Positions 46,914 through 57,278 of a stretch of 64,000 nucleotides of DNA are shown in pieces. Numbering within the stretch: position 1 is the stretch's first letter; every line of letters starts with the position of its first letter. Under the pieces are notes generated by a model. The model had not been told where the DNA came from. It was given only the letters and a program-made list of their open reading frames with translations, and did not search any database. This stretch comes from a virus. A program made the translations under genes and the position numbers. The stretch is from the IMG/VR virus record IMGVR_UViG_3300027977_000009; one strand, given 5' to 3'.

Positions 46914-47738
46914 TTAAATGTGCTCTAATAATTCATCATTGTCAGTTAGCAAGTCTACTCTACGATAGCATTTTAACTTAGGAAGATAGACCAAATGATT
47001 ACCCGTTAGCGGTGGCAAAGTTTTACCGTTCTCTAATGTTATCTCGTACCATTCATAATCATCGACCGAGTCATCAATTCCGTCCACCGCCCAGCCGGTA
47101 ATTTCGTTAAATTCGACCTTACCGGTAATCATATTGTATGATTTGACCTTACCTGCTAATTTGTTGTCAACTACTTCCTTGATTGTGACTTTACTGCCAT
47201 CTTCAAACTCAACTACCCAATCTGAACTTAAACAGCCATCAAGTTTAGGTTCGAGACGTTTGATACCGGTCATCTCGGGTCTGCCTTCAGAATTGGTTGC
47301 CAGTTGACACCCAAAAACTGAAATTTCGTACTCTGTCTTTTTGCAAACTTTGTTGATTGTGGTTGACGATATGCCACAGCGTATGTCGCGCCGCAAAACG
47401 GGAGCAAGAAAAGTATTCCACTCGTCACTGTCGAATCGGTCTGCCATTGTTTGGATAGCGTCACGTGCATCATGTCCGGTGAGTTCACGAGTGCCGAGCT
47501 TTACAGTAAGATCGCCAAACTCGTCCCAAGGGTTTTCTGCATCAGTAATTCCAAAAGTTTCTGGTATCTGTCTTACCCCAAACACGATGTATGGATCATA
47601 ACAAAGCTTCAGCATATTAAGAAAAAACTTAGCAGTTGTGTTGCCAAGTAATGCTGCTGTTAGCGCCTGACTGATAATGTGTTCTTTGTGAATGCGAGAA
47701 TCGCTACTGTTGAGTGCGTTAATCCACGATGCCGACAT
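46914..47738 (-). CDS. lig: DNA ligase N-terminal part + split N-intein
   Basis: EPKLDG/CLSSDW intein start; block B LTGNHLV. Confidence 0.92.
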   Translation of the reverse strand: MSASWINALNSSDSRIHKEHIISQALTAALLGNTTAKFFLNMLKLCYDPYIVFGVRQIPETFGITDAENPWDEFGDLTVKLGTRELTGHDARDAIQTMADRFDSDEWNTFLAPVLRRDIRCGISSTTINKVCKKTEYEISVFGCQLATNSEGRPEMTGIKRLEPKLDGCLSSDWVVEFEDGSKVTIKEVVDNKLAGKVKSYNMITGKVEFNEITGWAVDGIDDSVDDYEWYEITLENGKTLPPLTGNHLVYLPKLKCYRRVDLLTDNDELLEHI

Positions 47739-47787
47739 GAGTGCTCCTTGAATTATAGTATACTATCAAATTAGGTTGATGTCAAGT

Positions 47788-47997
47788 TCAAAGATCGGGT
47801 ATGCGCCAGCGATTAAGCTTATTGCACGAGGCGCATCGACGTTCCTGGATATGACTCGGAACGTATACATTTTCGCGGACTTTTTCAGGTTCACGATATT
47901 TGGTCCAACTGTGCCAACCAAACCTACACCAAAAACTGCTCACAAGCAATTCCTCATCACGCAAGGCCCTAAATGTGTTTTCTTTGCTGTTGTTCAT
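47788..47997 (-). CDS. Hypothetical Zn-binding protein
   Basis: CRFGWHSW ... CASC. Confidence 0.55.
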   Translation of the reverse strand: MNNSKENTFRALRDEELLVSSFWCRFGWHSWTKYREPEKVRENVYVPSHIQERRCASCNKLNRWRIPDL

Positions 47998-48024
47998 GGC
48001 TGTTTTAATAATATAAATGATAGT

Positions 48025-48117
48025 TGGGTGTTCGTCAAACAGTCCACTTAGGGAATTTACAACCCTTTAAAGGGAGACCCACTTTACGAAAGACCATTCG
48101 TGTTTGACGAACACCCA
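48025..48117. repeat. 17-bp perfect inverted repeat enclosing 59 nt
   Basis: TGGGTGTTCGTCAAACA / TGTTTGACGAACACCCA. Confidence 0.75.
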
Positions 48118-48126
48118 CTTTAAGGT

Positions 48127-48786
48127 TCAGAGAACCTTAACACGGGAAAGCTGAGAAGACCCATCACAATGAGACTTAACAGTACCCCTAACATTCAGCG
48201 ACTTGCCGATATCAATCTGATTACGGCTGCTGAAAAACACAGACTTATTATTTTCAGTGATCGCAGTAATGAAATATACGTTCCAGTTACGAGAATAAAA
48301 ACACTTCACTACGTTAACTTTGAGATCAACCCTATCACCCATGTCACCAACAAAACCATTCGTGTCACGGACACGGCGATCAGTTTCTGCACGAGCTTTA
48401 TAACGCTCATACGAAGCAGGGAGAGACGAAACAACAGCAATCTCGTAGAAGCTGTCAACAGTCTCTTTGTCAGCAACACTGAGCATAACTTGCTCAAAAT
48501 CACTCAGAGTCTTTCCCTGCAGGATCTTGAACGTCAGGGAGTTACAGTACTGACGCACTTCTTGTCCCAGTGCACGGTCCTCATCGTTGATGTCAAAGTC
48601 ACCGCGAAGAAACTGAGAAGTCAGCTTCTTGTTAGCGATCTTCTCAACCTTCTCGACATGCCCATCAGTATCATACAGAATCTTGTCGTCCTTAAGATAT
48701 TCGCCGTTGATGCGCTGTGCTGCACAAGCAGCGGCAAACACTTCGTCAGTCGAATAAGAAATCTTCGGAGCCTGATAACGAGCCAT
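48127..48786 (-). CDS. Early protein with C-terminal OB-fold-like domain
   Basis: VRGTVKSH...QLSRVK; early promoter upstream. Confidence 0.7.
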   Translation of the reverse strand: MARYQAPKISYSTDEVFAAACAAQRINGEYLKDDKILYDTDGHVEKVEKIANKKLTSQFLRGDFDINDEDRALGQEVRQYCNSLTFKILQGKTLSDFEQVMLSVADKETVDSFYEIAVVSSLPASYERYKARAETDRRVRDTNGFVGDMGDRVDLKVNVVKCFYSRNWNVYFITAITENNKSVFFSSRNQIDIGKSLNVRGTVKSHCDGSSQLSRVKVL

Positions 48787-48922
48787 TTGCTAGTCCTTTG
48801 CTTCAATCTATGATCTTAAATATAGCAAAGGAGATTCAGAATGTCAACCAAAAACGACCCATTAAAGAAATTCTTTTACCACCCTATCAGGCATTGCCTG
48901 ATAGGGTATGGCTGGAGTAAAT

Positions 48923-49186
48923 TTATTCGGAAGACTTCTTGTTATTCACGAAGTCATACATCTTCTGTGCAGCTTCTAGGACCTTATCGAGCCCTGGAAA
49001 TTCTGGAGCTGCAACCTTAGTCACAATTTGACCAGTTTTTGGATCACGTTCCCGAGATACTTCCCATCCCATGTATTTGGCATGATATTCTTCAGTAACT
49101 AATTGCTTCGCCATCTCTAGTACGTCAGCACGGATCTCATATCCGTTCTTTGTTGTTCGGAATTCAGGAAATTTTGGAAGTTCCAC
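48923..49186 (-). CDS. Hypothetical protein
   Basis: NGYEIRADVLEMAK ... AQKMYDFV; terminator hairpin at 48882-48906. Confidence 0.75.
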   Translation of the reverse strand: MELPKFPEFRTTKNGYEIRADVLEMAKQLVTEEYHAKYMGWEVSRERDPKTGQIVTKVAAPEFPGLDKVLEAAQKMYDFVNNKKSSE

Positions 49187-49444
49187 TTAAGTCTTCTCCT
49201 TAATATATTAGGCTTGTGAAAACAAATAACATGTATACGCATATAGCACCCATAACAGTGCCTCCGGCGCAACTTGTCAGTTGAGTTGCTTTATAAGTAG
49301 TCATTATTTTAATTATCTTTCTTTGTGCCTTGGTTAAAAATTTTCTTTGACTCTGACCACATCGCTTGATGCATAAAAGCCTGATTCTCTCCGTTGATTA
49401 TCAATCCACGGAGGTAAAACTCTAGTGCCCGTTTGAAAAACTGC

Positions 49445-49723
49445 TTAATCATTTTGCTTTTCTTTTTTAGGCAAAACAGTTTTTACGCTTTCTTGGGCAG
49501 TATTAACCAAATCAGTATAAAAATCCTTATCAGTAATTAACTGAAAAAGTGAAGACCCGGCTTCAGACATGGCTGTAACGGCATTCTTGGTATACACGGT
49601 TTGTGCATCTACGAATTTGTTGAATGAATTAGCAAGGGGTTCGTGTTTGACAAAAGAGTCAATGGCAATCTTTTGCATTGCCTGCACCGATTCAACGGTG
49701 TTGTTGATTAAAGTTTTAAACAT
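49445..49723 (-). CDS. Helical protein, possibly phasin-like
   Basis: Amphipathic helices; FVDAQT. Confidence 0.5.
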   Translation of the reverse strand: MFKTLINNTVESVQAMQKIAIDSFVKHEPLANSFNKFVDAQTVYTKNAVTAMSEAGSSLFQLITDKDFYTDLVNTAQESVKTVLPKKEKQND

Positions 49724-49810
49724 AGTATTCCTTTCTGTGTGTGTGGTAGTAGATCGACTACAGTGTCAGTCTACGATACTATTTAGTGTAAGTAAACTGG
49801 TTCGGGTTAA

Positions 49811-50221
49811 TTATGCTATGACAGATTCGACATATTCAGTTAGTGACCCAAACAAACCTAGCATCATCGCGATACGATGATCATATACCCATACACGTAG
49901 ATGTTGTTGTTCTATGCTAGAAGAAATAAAATATGGACAGTGTAGTTTCTTGTTGACGAAAACTGAATACCTCTCCCACGCCGCTGCCGTCCAAACTTGT
50001 CCACTATTGTCAACTGGAAAATCGTAGTGTGCGATCTGTGCATATGCGAAAGCTTTTGATCCTTCTACTGTTAGTCGTAATCCAGATCCCGTACGCCCGC
50101 TAATAAACCAAGAGAACACAAGTTTATCCACTGGTATATTTTTCCAAGGATTATCGGGGTCGTCACCTATCGCCGCTAAGATAGTTTTTACTATCTCTGT
50201 CTTCGATTTGGGATAGGTCAC
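49811..50221 (-). CDS. Hypothetical protein
   Basis: GLRLT.EG ... CPYF. Confidence 0.7.
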   Translation of the reverse strand: MTYPKSKTEIVKTILAAIGDDPDNPWKNIPVDKLVFSWFISGRTGSGLRLTVEGSKAFAYAQIAHYDFPVDNSGQVWTAAAWERYSVFVNKKLHCPYFISSSIEQQHLRVWVYDHRIAMMLGLFGSLTEYVESVIA

Positions 50222-50232
50222 AATCGGATTAC

Positions 50233-50538
50233 CTACTCATCAGTGATGGATTCTGGGTAAACCGTTCTACCTTGGTTTAAAAAACAAACAGTAAACTTGT
50301 CAGTCTTAAACTGTGCATTCAGCTTGCGACATAGGTTCCTAGCATGACCAGGATTTGAGAAACTAGTCTTTTTATACTTGGGAGCAGAATCGTTAGTGAG
50401 GTAATGTGATGACTTGAGATTGATGGGTTGACCATCAAGAAATACAGCCCATATTCCAGCAGCCTCTACAATCTGATCACATTTATAGGTCTGTCTATCT
50501 ACATGTTCGAGCAAAATATTAGGTTGATTTCTAGACAT
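50233..50538 (-). CDS. Phage hypothetical protein
   Basis: PKYKKTSFSNPGHA.NL..KLN. Confidence 0.75.
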   Translation of the reverse strand: MSRNQPNILLEHVDRQTYKCDQIVEAAGIWAVFLDGQPINLKSSHYLTNDSAPKYKKTSFSNPGHARNLCRKLNAQFKTDKFTVCFLNQGRTVYPESITDE

Positions 50539-50547
50539 TTAGATCAT

Positions 50548-50760
50548 TCATTTAAATGAACCTCCTCTTATTTGTATCTCAAACACTTCATTTTTTCGAT
50601 CTTCATCATGTTTCGTACTATGCTCGTACAGTTCCGCTAATAGCTTAGTAAGCTCATCTCGCAATCCACGTGCTTCGGCGATCGGAATAACCACATCTTT
50701 GGCATTCTTTGTTTCGACTACTGTCATCTTTTCCATGAATCGCTTTATATGAAGGAACAT
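50548..50760 (-). CDS. Hypothetical protein
   Basis: Late promoter upstream; ends GGSFK. Confidence 0.65.
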   Translation of the reverse strand: MFLHIKRFMEKMTVVETKNAKDVVIPIAEARGLRDELTKLLAELYEHSTKHDEDRKNEVFEIQIRGGSFK

Positions 50761-50762
50761 CG

Positions 50763-51218
50763 CTAGATATTTATCTTATTAAGAGCTTCAGTTTCCGTTT
50801 TAAACGGACCCTCATATGGGTAACGTTGAATGAAAATATACTTTGGGCAGAACATGACTGTCTTGATTCCGTTCTGCTCTAACAAGAACCATCCTGCAGC
50901 GTGTAAACATTTACTTTTCGTAGAGGTAGTAAACAGATGTAAGCCACGCGTGATGTCAAAAATAGAATTATATACATGTTCTGGCGTAGGATATTCAGGG
51001 TAGGGCAGAGATATCTTCGTACGATCTGACTTGATAGGGTCGAAACGAATCCTAGTCTTTTTCTTTAACTCGACTGCATTGTCAAACTGGAACAAATGTC
51101 CGTTAAGTTGAACACCGTAACCAGAGTTATTAGCTTCGATATTTCCTACCTTTTTAGTACCATCCGTAACGATCCAAAATTGGTCTTTGACGATTGTTTT
51201 CGCGATTAGATCAGTCAT
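50763..51218 (-). CDS. Phage hypothetical protein
   Basis: FCPK...QRYPYEGPFKT. Confidence 0.75.
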   Translation of the reverse strand: MTDLIAKTIVKDQFWIVTDGTKKVGNIEANNSGYGVQLNGHLFQFDNAVELKKKTRIRFDPIKSDRTKISLPYPEYPTPEHVYNSIFDITRGLHLFTTSTKSKCLHAAGWFLLEQNGIKTVMFCPKYIFIQRYPYEGPFKTETEALNKINI

Positions 51219-51510
51219 GGTGTGTTTCCTTTGTCAACATTTTAAATAAATCTTTCTTGTGCTTTGGTGCCCACATGATTGCTGCGGGCTTGCAATCCCC
51301 ATAGTTTGCCCTGTTTGAATTACAAGAACGATATGTACCTTTGACATTTTGATTGCCGTATACGGGGTCAAAAACGACCCTATTAGGCTTAAACGCTTTG
51401 CGACATCGATGCATATCCGAAGTAGGAAACCCAAATGTAAAAAATAGGTTACCTAATGAAACGAAAGAATACTTACAGTCTTTGCACAGAAGTTCAATCT
51501 GGTTCATTGC
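51211..51510 (-). CDS. Cys-rich hypothetical protein
   Basis: LCKDCKY...C...C...C. Confidence 0.6.
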   Translation of the reverse strand, partial: AMNQIELLCKDCKYSFVSLGNLFFTFGFPTSDMHRCRKAFKPNRVVFDPVYGNQNVKGTYRSCNSNRANYGDCKPAAIMWAPKHKKDLFKMLTKETHHD

Positions 51511-51754
51511 ATATTCTCTCCGCAGTAAGAACAATCCAGGACATTTTTTTTAATTCTTCTTCATTCAGAAATCGTAGGTCGCCTCCGCGATGTTTGAAAT
51601 ACTTGAACTTACCATCAGGCGTTTTTTCTATCGCAATGTCGGCATGCCAAACTTCATGCATCCGTGTATCTGTTTTATATACCCACAGTCCGCCGATGCG
51701 CATCCAAAGTGTATGACTTCGCGAGTAACGGCCGTCATCATACCGACTCGTCAA
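51494..51754 (-). CDS. Hypothetical protein
   Basis: Operon-packed ORF. Confidence 0.5.
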   Translation of the reverse strand: MTSRYDDGRYSRSHTLWMRIGGLWVYKTDTRMHEVWHADIAIEKTPDGKFKYFKHRGGDLRFLNEEELKKMSWIVLTAERICNEPD

Positions 51755-52742
51755 GCAAAACTCCCTTGTAGGTGTTGTTGAGCCACTTAGAATAAGTCTC
51801 GGCTTGCTCGCTTATTTTAGTAAGCTCATACTTACCGCAGAATTTCATAAGTTGCACGCCGACTTGCGGTACATGTTCGGTCTTTACTCCTGTGCGTATT
51901 GATTGATCAACCATATCTTTAATTTCTTGCGGTTGTGCTGTCAGATCGATCAGGGTACGATTACGCGCGTAATCATCCCTAACTCGATGCTCAGCGCCAT
52001 CGTGGTCAATCCAGCTTTGCAACATCAGATTGTTCCAATTAAAGCCCTGTTTGTTGCGATCAGCATATGCTTCGACAATGCCGATCTTATTCTTTGTGCC
52101 CTTCTCACGAACACCAGGATATGCAGAGAACACGTTGTCAGATGCATCACCACGAATGATTTTCTTGAACAATAGATATTCAGGATCCTCAAGCAATTTA
52201 GGTTCCTTAGTCTTCTTATCTTTGACAGGCTTACCGCGATCATCGAAGTAACCCTCAAGTGTGATCAACTGACCAGCAACACCGTTGTACTGCTTTACGT
52301 TAGGTGCGATCAGTTGAACAAAGTCAGTGTCGGAAGAAATAATGAAATGCTCGTCTTCGGGGTGCAGTGCGATGAAGCGGGCGATGAGGTCATCTGCTTC
52401 AGCAGTAGGATGACGTAGTAAGCTAGCGTTTGTGCGCTCACGAATGAACGTAGTAAACGATTCGTACGTTTCCCAGAACATCTGATTTTCTTCGATCTCA
52501 GCCTCGGTCGCGTCAGTTTTTACTCGATTAGCCTTGTATGGCTTGTAGAAGTCCTTACGCCAAGAACGACCCTCGAGACAGAACACGACATGATCGATGC
52601 CAAACTTACGTACCATCTGATTGACAGACGACAATGTAAGGTGCATCGCCATTCCTACTTTTTCCCACGTGTCAGTGTTGCGAGACGCAACGTGCCTAGC
52701 GCGAAAGAAGGTATTAGCCGTGTCGATCAGTGCATATTTCAT
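51738..52742 (-). CDS. rnh: T4-type RNase H / 5'-3' exonuclease
   Basis: LIDTAN, SWRK..Y..YKANR, EADDLI, SSDTDFVQL, GDASDNV. Confidence 0.92.
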   Translation of the reverse strand: MKYALIDTANTFFRARHVASRNTDTWEKVGMAMHLTLSSVNQMVRKFGIDHVVFCLEGRSWRKDFYKPYKANRVKTDATEAEIEENQMFWETYESFTTFIRERTNASLLRHPTAEADDLIARFIALHPEDEHFIISSDTDFVQLIAPNVKQYNGVAGQLITLEGYFDDRGKPVKDKKTKEPKLLEDPEYLLFKKIIRGDASDNVFSAYPGVREKGTKNKIGIVEAYADRNKQGFNWNNLMLQSWIDHDGAEHRVRDDYARNRTLIDLTAQPQEIKDMVDQSIRTGVKTEHVPQVGVQLMKFCGKYELTKISEQAETYSKWLNNTYKGVLLDESV

Positions 52743-52800
52743 ATGAGGCTTTCTCTATTTATACGCATATTATAGCAAGGATTAGGCTGAATGTCAACCA

Positions 52801-53217
52801 TTATTTTTTGTTGTAGTGATACACGCCTTGATTCTTAAAGTCACCGGTAAGCATACCTTTGTATTGATGACAGAGAGGACAAAGTTCAACCACATTTTCT
52901 AGAATATTATTTAAATGGTTACCGTCAATATGATCAATGTGCGTTTTGCCTATTACCCACGGTGCCTTTTTGTAATCAATAGCGCACGGAAAACCCAAAT
53001 GACTATCAGTGTTAGTGCAATAACCGGTTCGAAATGGGGTAACGCCGAAAGCAAAAGTACCTTTCCCATACCCTGCTTTATGGCATCGATAACAGGTAGG
53101 CCTCCAGCGACTTCCGTCATTAGCAACTGGGCGATTGCAGCCGTGATTAATACAAGTAGGACGAATTTGCATATCAATTAAACTTTCATTTCTGTGTTCA
53201 ATTTTTAATACACGCAC
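52801..53217 (-). CDS. HNH endonuclease
   Basis: IDHIDGNHLNNILENVVELCPLCH. Confidence 0.8.
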   Translation of the reverse strand: MRVLKIEHRNESLIDMQIRPTCINHGCNRPVANDGSRWRPTCYRCHKAGYGKGTFAFGVTPFRTGYCTNTDSHLGFPCAIDYKKAPWVIGKTHIDHIDGNHLNNILENVVELCPLCHQYKGMLTGDFKNQGVYHYNKK

Positions 53218-53241
53218 TTAATGGATAGGTGTCAAGTCTTT

Positions 53242-53823
53242 TTATCCGATTTCAAACAAGTCTAAAAAGGTGCTTTTTCTCAACCCCCGATATGTTTTAT
53301 TTAGGGTAGGATCTACAATGTTTAAATGCGGGAGACGGCCGTGATGTTCGACATACTGTTCACACAACTCGCTTTCAGTATATGCTGCAAGTTCTTTTCT
53401 AGTTAACGGGTATCCCGAGATGTTAGTACGTTTGTCAACCGACCAAATTGCAATTTCAATATCAGTGTAATTTGTATCTTTGGGGAGAATTTCTTGATTA
53501 ATCAAAGAGGTGCAACCGTGCCAAAATTCAAATCCATGAGAACTTGACACATTAACATTCCAGCCTGGAAGCCAAGCAATTTGCCGAACCAACCGTTCAC
53601 CTTTTTGAATAGCCTTTACATTTGGTTCTGGGGCACTAAATCCAAATTTAAGCTGTTTGGTTAAATAACTGTTACGAACAAACCTAAACCCATATCCAAA
53701 ATGAGAAATATTGTTAGTTCTGCAAAAATTATATATGTCCGTAGGACTTTGAATATTTCGTAATGGAATTACGAAATCTGGAGCATCAAGTTCAATTGGT
53801 CGGTCAAACATTTTCTTCATCAA
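53242..53823 (-). CDS. Hypothetical protein (possibly GIY-YIG-like)
   Basis: LKFGFS..GERLVRQ ... ESEL...HGRLP.LN. Confidence 0.55.
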   Translation of the reverse strand: MMKKMFDRPIELDAPDFVIPLRNIQSPTDIYNFCRTNNISHFGYGFRFVRNSYLTKQLKFGFSAPEPNVKAIQKGERLVRQIAWLPGWNVNVSSSHGFEFWHGCTSLINQEILPKDTNYTDIEIAIWSVDKRTNISGYPLTRKELAAYTESELCEQYVEHHGRLPHLNIVDPTLNKTYRGLRKSTFLDLFEIG

Positions 53824-54242
53824 CTTACCTCAGTAAATCCGCCACCAATATCACGTTGTCTAATGATACGTAGTTCTGATTCACGCTTTTCAGGATCAGC
53901 AATCTCTTGCTCATACACTTCTAAAGCGATATTCCTGCACACGGTCTGGAACCAACGATCAACGATCATTGAATCAGTATCTTTAGGTGAGAACTTATAT
54001 CCCTGCTTGACTAGATTAAGCACGAACTTATCATTCCAATCTAAGTCGAATGATCCATTGTTGATATCGTTAGGATCAAGCTCCACACTCAAGATAGAGA
54101 TATAAGGCTCGCCTGCAAGTGTTGCCTTTTCCTTAGGAGTTAATTCAGGCTTTTTAACCTTGGGCTCTTTCTTTACTTCGGGTTCAGGAACCGGGATAGG
54201 TGGGGGAGGGGGACTGATCCAGTCTTTGATTGCTTTAAACAT
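53820..54242 (-). CDS. Phage hypothetical protein
   Basis: GSFDLDWNDKF ... VDRWFQTVCRNI. Confidence 0.75.
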   Translation of the reverse strand: MFKAIKDWISPPPPPIPVPEPEVKKEPKVKKPELTPKEKATLAGEPYISILSVELDPNDINNGSFDLDWNDKFVLNLVKQGYKFSPKDTDSMIVDRWFQTVCRNIALEVYEQEIADPEKRESELRIIRQRDIGGGFTEVS

Positions 54243-54303
54243 TAATTACCTTTCTTAATATATGTATACTATCATAATAGTATATATGTTGTCAATCAAA
54301 AAG

Positions 54304-54383
54304 ATAAATAAAGATGTAGTTCGCGGTACTGCAAATACCCAACTACTCTAATGCTAAGAGGAGCGATCAGCATGACTATTTAT
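54304..54383 (+). ncRNA. Structured leader RNA element of GIY-YIG gene
   Basis: ATAAATA ... GTAGTT/AACTAC, GGTA/TACC, TCTAA, RBS hairpin, CAGCATG..TATTTAT. Confidence 0.7.
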
Positions 54384-55040
54384 ACCCACCATCTTTATTG
54401 GATTCATCTTCCAGAGCATACTGACTACACTAAGGAAGGGTACATAGGCGTTTCTAATAACCCAGCCAGACGACTTTACGAGCATAAGAATGATTCTAAA
54501 AACCGCAACGACAAAAATCCTTATTTCGGTAGAGTCCTCAAAAAACATCAAGATAAAATAATCCAAACAATATTGTTGACCGACACCAAAGAAAATTGTT
54601 ACAGACAAGAGGAAATACTAAGACCTGAAAAAAACATAGGATGGAATGCTAATAAAGGCGGAACAAAACCTCCGTCTAAATTAGGCTGGAAACCAAGTGA
54701 AGATACCTTAAAGAAAAGATCAGAATCATTAGCAGGCATTCCTAGGAATGATGTTTGGCGTAAAAATTTATCAAAAGCTAAAAAAGGCGAAAGGAACGGA
54801 ATGTATGGGAAAAAAATATCCTGCACCGACAAGAGAAAATTATCTATTATAGTAGCAAAATATAAAAACAGGGGCGAAAATCTAAGGTTAGCACTTGATT
54901 TGCTAGAAAAAAGCAATCACCGAATACGAGAAATTTCAAAACTAACAGGTATCTCTACTGGCGTTATATGTAAGATAAAGAAAGAAACAGAGTTATATAA
55001 TTTAGCTCTTCCAATAATCATACAATCTAAAGCTAGCTAG
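54372..55040 (+). CDS. GIY-YIG homing endonuclease with NUMOD3-like and HTH segments
   Basis: LYWI...GYIGVS...RRLYEH...E...GWN..GG; GERNGMYGK. Confidence 0.85.
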   Translation: MTIYTHHLYWIHLPEHTDYTKEGYIGVSNNPARRLYEHKNDSKNRNDKNPYFGRVLKKHQDKIIQTILLTDTKENCYRQEEILRPEKNIGWNANKGGTKPPSKLGWKPSEDTLKKRSESLAGIPRNDVWRKNLSKAKKGERNGMYGKKISCTDKRKLSIIVAKYKNRGENLRLALDLLEKSNHRIREISKLTGISTGVICKIKKETELYNLALPIIIQSKAS

Positions 55041-56018
55041 GTTCTTGGCCTTTGCCTCCACCATAACATCTGCCCAATCCCAGTGCCCTTTAGCCCAATC
55101 ATTGACTGCTTTATTCCACATATAGTCAGAATGTGCCCGCAACTTCTGCTTGTTCAACCCTTGTTCTAGCAGAAGTTGAAGGTTAGGCAATTCATTAGTA
55201 AGATGTGATGACAAATATTCTTCACGACTTACACTGTAATGAATGACAGGACGTACACCACGCCAGCTATCGATCACGCGCTTGATACGGTCGTCATTGG
55301 GTTCGATATATTCACCAGTCATTACATAGTGATGATGGATATCTAGTACGAGAGCGCAGGTATCAGCGAGTTCTAGACTGCTATCGATACCCCAAGTCAT
55401 CTCGTCATTCTCGATAGTGATGCAATTACGAGCCTCGGGGCTTAGTCGAGACATTACCTTCTTGATACCGTCGGGGCCCTGACGACCACTGATATGAACA
55501 TTGATCTTCATGTCCTGAAAAGTCTTGCCATAGCCCATCCAACGTGCCATGTCAACATGATATTCGAATTCTCGGATACTGTTTTCTACGACTTCTTCGC
55601 GATCACTAGCAAGGACTACAAATTGATCGGGATGAAATGATAGACGGACACTGTTCTTGCGTGCAGTCTCACCAATCGGAGCCATCCAACGTGCTAGACT
55701 GTCTTGCACATCTTGCCGCGACCAAAAATAATGATAATCGGGATGCGTGTAGAAACTCAACATATCACTGGTGATACGCAACATGCGTAGTTCGACAGGA
55801 AGAGTCGCAATTTTTTTGACGAGTGCGTGAGTGTTTAGGATGTTACGCTTTGCGACATCTAGGATCTTTTCTTCGACCACACGTGAGTTGTTCTGACGTT
55901 TTGCCCATGCGAGTGTGGTACCGCCTGTATTGAATCCATCGACACTAGCGATCTCACCCTTAGTATTGATTTCTGCAAACTTACATGCGAAACCAATTCG
56001 TTTGACACCATCATTCAT
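55002..56018 (-). CDS. uvsE: UV damage endonuclease
   Basis: RIGFACK, RLSFHPDQF, IENDE, LDIHHH, AHSD, MVEAKAK. Confidence 0.9.
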   Translation of the reverse strand: MNDGVKRIGFACKFAEINTKGEIASVDGFNTGGTTLAWAKRQNNSRVVEEKILDVAKRNILNTHALVKKIATLPVELRMLRITSDMLSFYTHPDYHYFWSRQDVQDSLARWMAPIGETARKNSVRLSFHPDQFVVLASDREEVVENSIREFEYHVDMARWMGYGKTFQDMKINVHISGRQGPDGIKKVMSRLSPEARNCITIENDEMTWGIDSSLELADTCALVLDIHHHYVMTGEYIEPNDDRIKRVIDSWRGVRPVIHYSVSREEYLSSHLTNELPNLQLLLEQGLNKQKLRAHSDYMWNKAVNDWAKGHWDWADVMVEAKAKNLASFRLYDYWKS

Positions 56019-56051
56019 AGATAAATACTCTCATAATATAAGGAACCGTTA

Positions 56052-57278
56052 ATGGATATTCGTAACATCTTAGATATCATAAGTGAAAATTCTCGGCCTG
56101 TCAAGCAAAAAACACCTGTTTCGGGTGGGTTGCCGGCGATGTCTCTTGAAGATTTTCTTCTCAGTGCAGGGGTAAACCCACAAGAAGTAGAAATTGACGA
56201 AGCAAAATTAGCGGCCCCCGCAAGACCTTTTCCAAAAGACGAATTAACAAAATACTTAAGCAGGACTGTAGGTACCGATACAGGCAAGGTCAACAAAGCA
56301 GGCGGCAAGATTCGCAAGAGTGAAAAGACTAAACAAGATAAGTTCAATATGCCATACATTCATAATAAGAATGTTCCCATCGTCGATGAAGCAAATAAAG
56401 AATATGATCTAGAAAAGCTAAGAGCTATGATTACCAAACGTCCGGCAAAAGTTCTCAAGCAAAATGAAAAGATGCAACATAGTGATGGTACTGCTAGTGC
56501 GTTTTACAACATTGGACTTCCTGCTCTGAAAGGCCTAGCAGTTGATGAAGATACCGGTGAGTTCGTGATCATTGACACTTGTCCTGGCGCCGGCGAATGC
56601 CAGACATATTGCTATGCAATGAAAGGTGACTATATCAGGTGGACGAGCCCATCACTCGAACAGTCTAAGCTATTGAACTTCTTGTATAATGATCCGCAAG
56701 GATTCATGGATATGCTAGGAAACGAGATCGAAGAACAATATAAAAAGCTAAAAAAAGTCGATAAGAAGAAAGGTACTGAAACTAAACTTATCATTCGTTG
56801 GCATGATGCTGGTGATTTCTTCTCACCGGAATACCTTAACTATGCGTATACCTTAGCTAAGAAGTATCCTGACGTATCTTTCTATGCGTATACTAAATTA
56901 GCAAACGTTGCTCAAGGTAAATCTCCGGCTAATTTTAAAATGAATTACTCGATGGGCGCGAAGCCCAAAGAAGAACAACAGATCGATTTCGCAACTACTA
57001 AGAATAGCCGAGTTGTTCCTGAAGTATTATTCAAAGACGTTCTTGATAGGGTAGAAGGTAAGCTCGTATATAAAGATCAATCATCGATCAATGTATTGAA
57101 GGCTCGAATCGCTGCTAAATATAGTGTCAAGCCTAATACAATATTGACCTATGACGAGATGATGAAGAAGCCAGTCAGTAATGAAAAGGGTAAGTATAAT
57201 GTCATTGTTAAACCGGGAGACGGAGATGACTCTGCTAACCGCAATGACGTGCTTAACACATTTCTATTAATGCATTAG
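56052..57278 (+). CDS. Gene product 88-like (radical-SAM-related) late protein
   Basis: TCPGAGECQTYCYA, IRWHDAGDF, FYAYTK; leader MDIRNILDIISE. Confidence 0.7.
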   Translation: MDIRNILDIISENSRPVKQKTPVSGGLPAMSLEDFLLSAGVNPQEVEIDEAKLAAPARPFPKDELTKYLSRTVGTDTGKVNKAGGKIRKSEKTKQDKFNMPYIHNKNVPIVDEANKEYDLEKLRAMITKRPAKVLKQNEKMQHSDGTASAFYNIGLPALKGLAVDEDTGEFVIIDTCPGAGECQTYCYAMKGDYIRWTSPSLEQSKLLNFLYNDPQGFMDMLGNEIEEQYKKLKKVDKKKGTETKLIIRWHDAGDFFSPEYLNYAYTLAKKYPDVSFYAYTKLANVAQGKSPANFKMNYSMGAKPKEEQQIDFATTKNSRVVPEVLFKDVLDRVEGKLVYKDQSSINVLKARIAAKYSVKPNTILTYDEMMKKPVSNEKGKYNVIVKPGDGDDSANRNDVLNTFLLMH

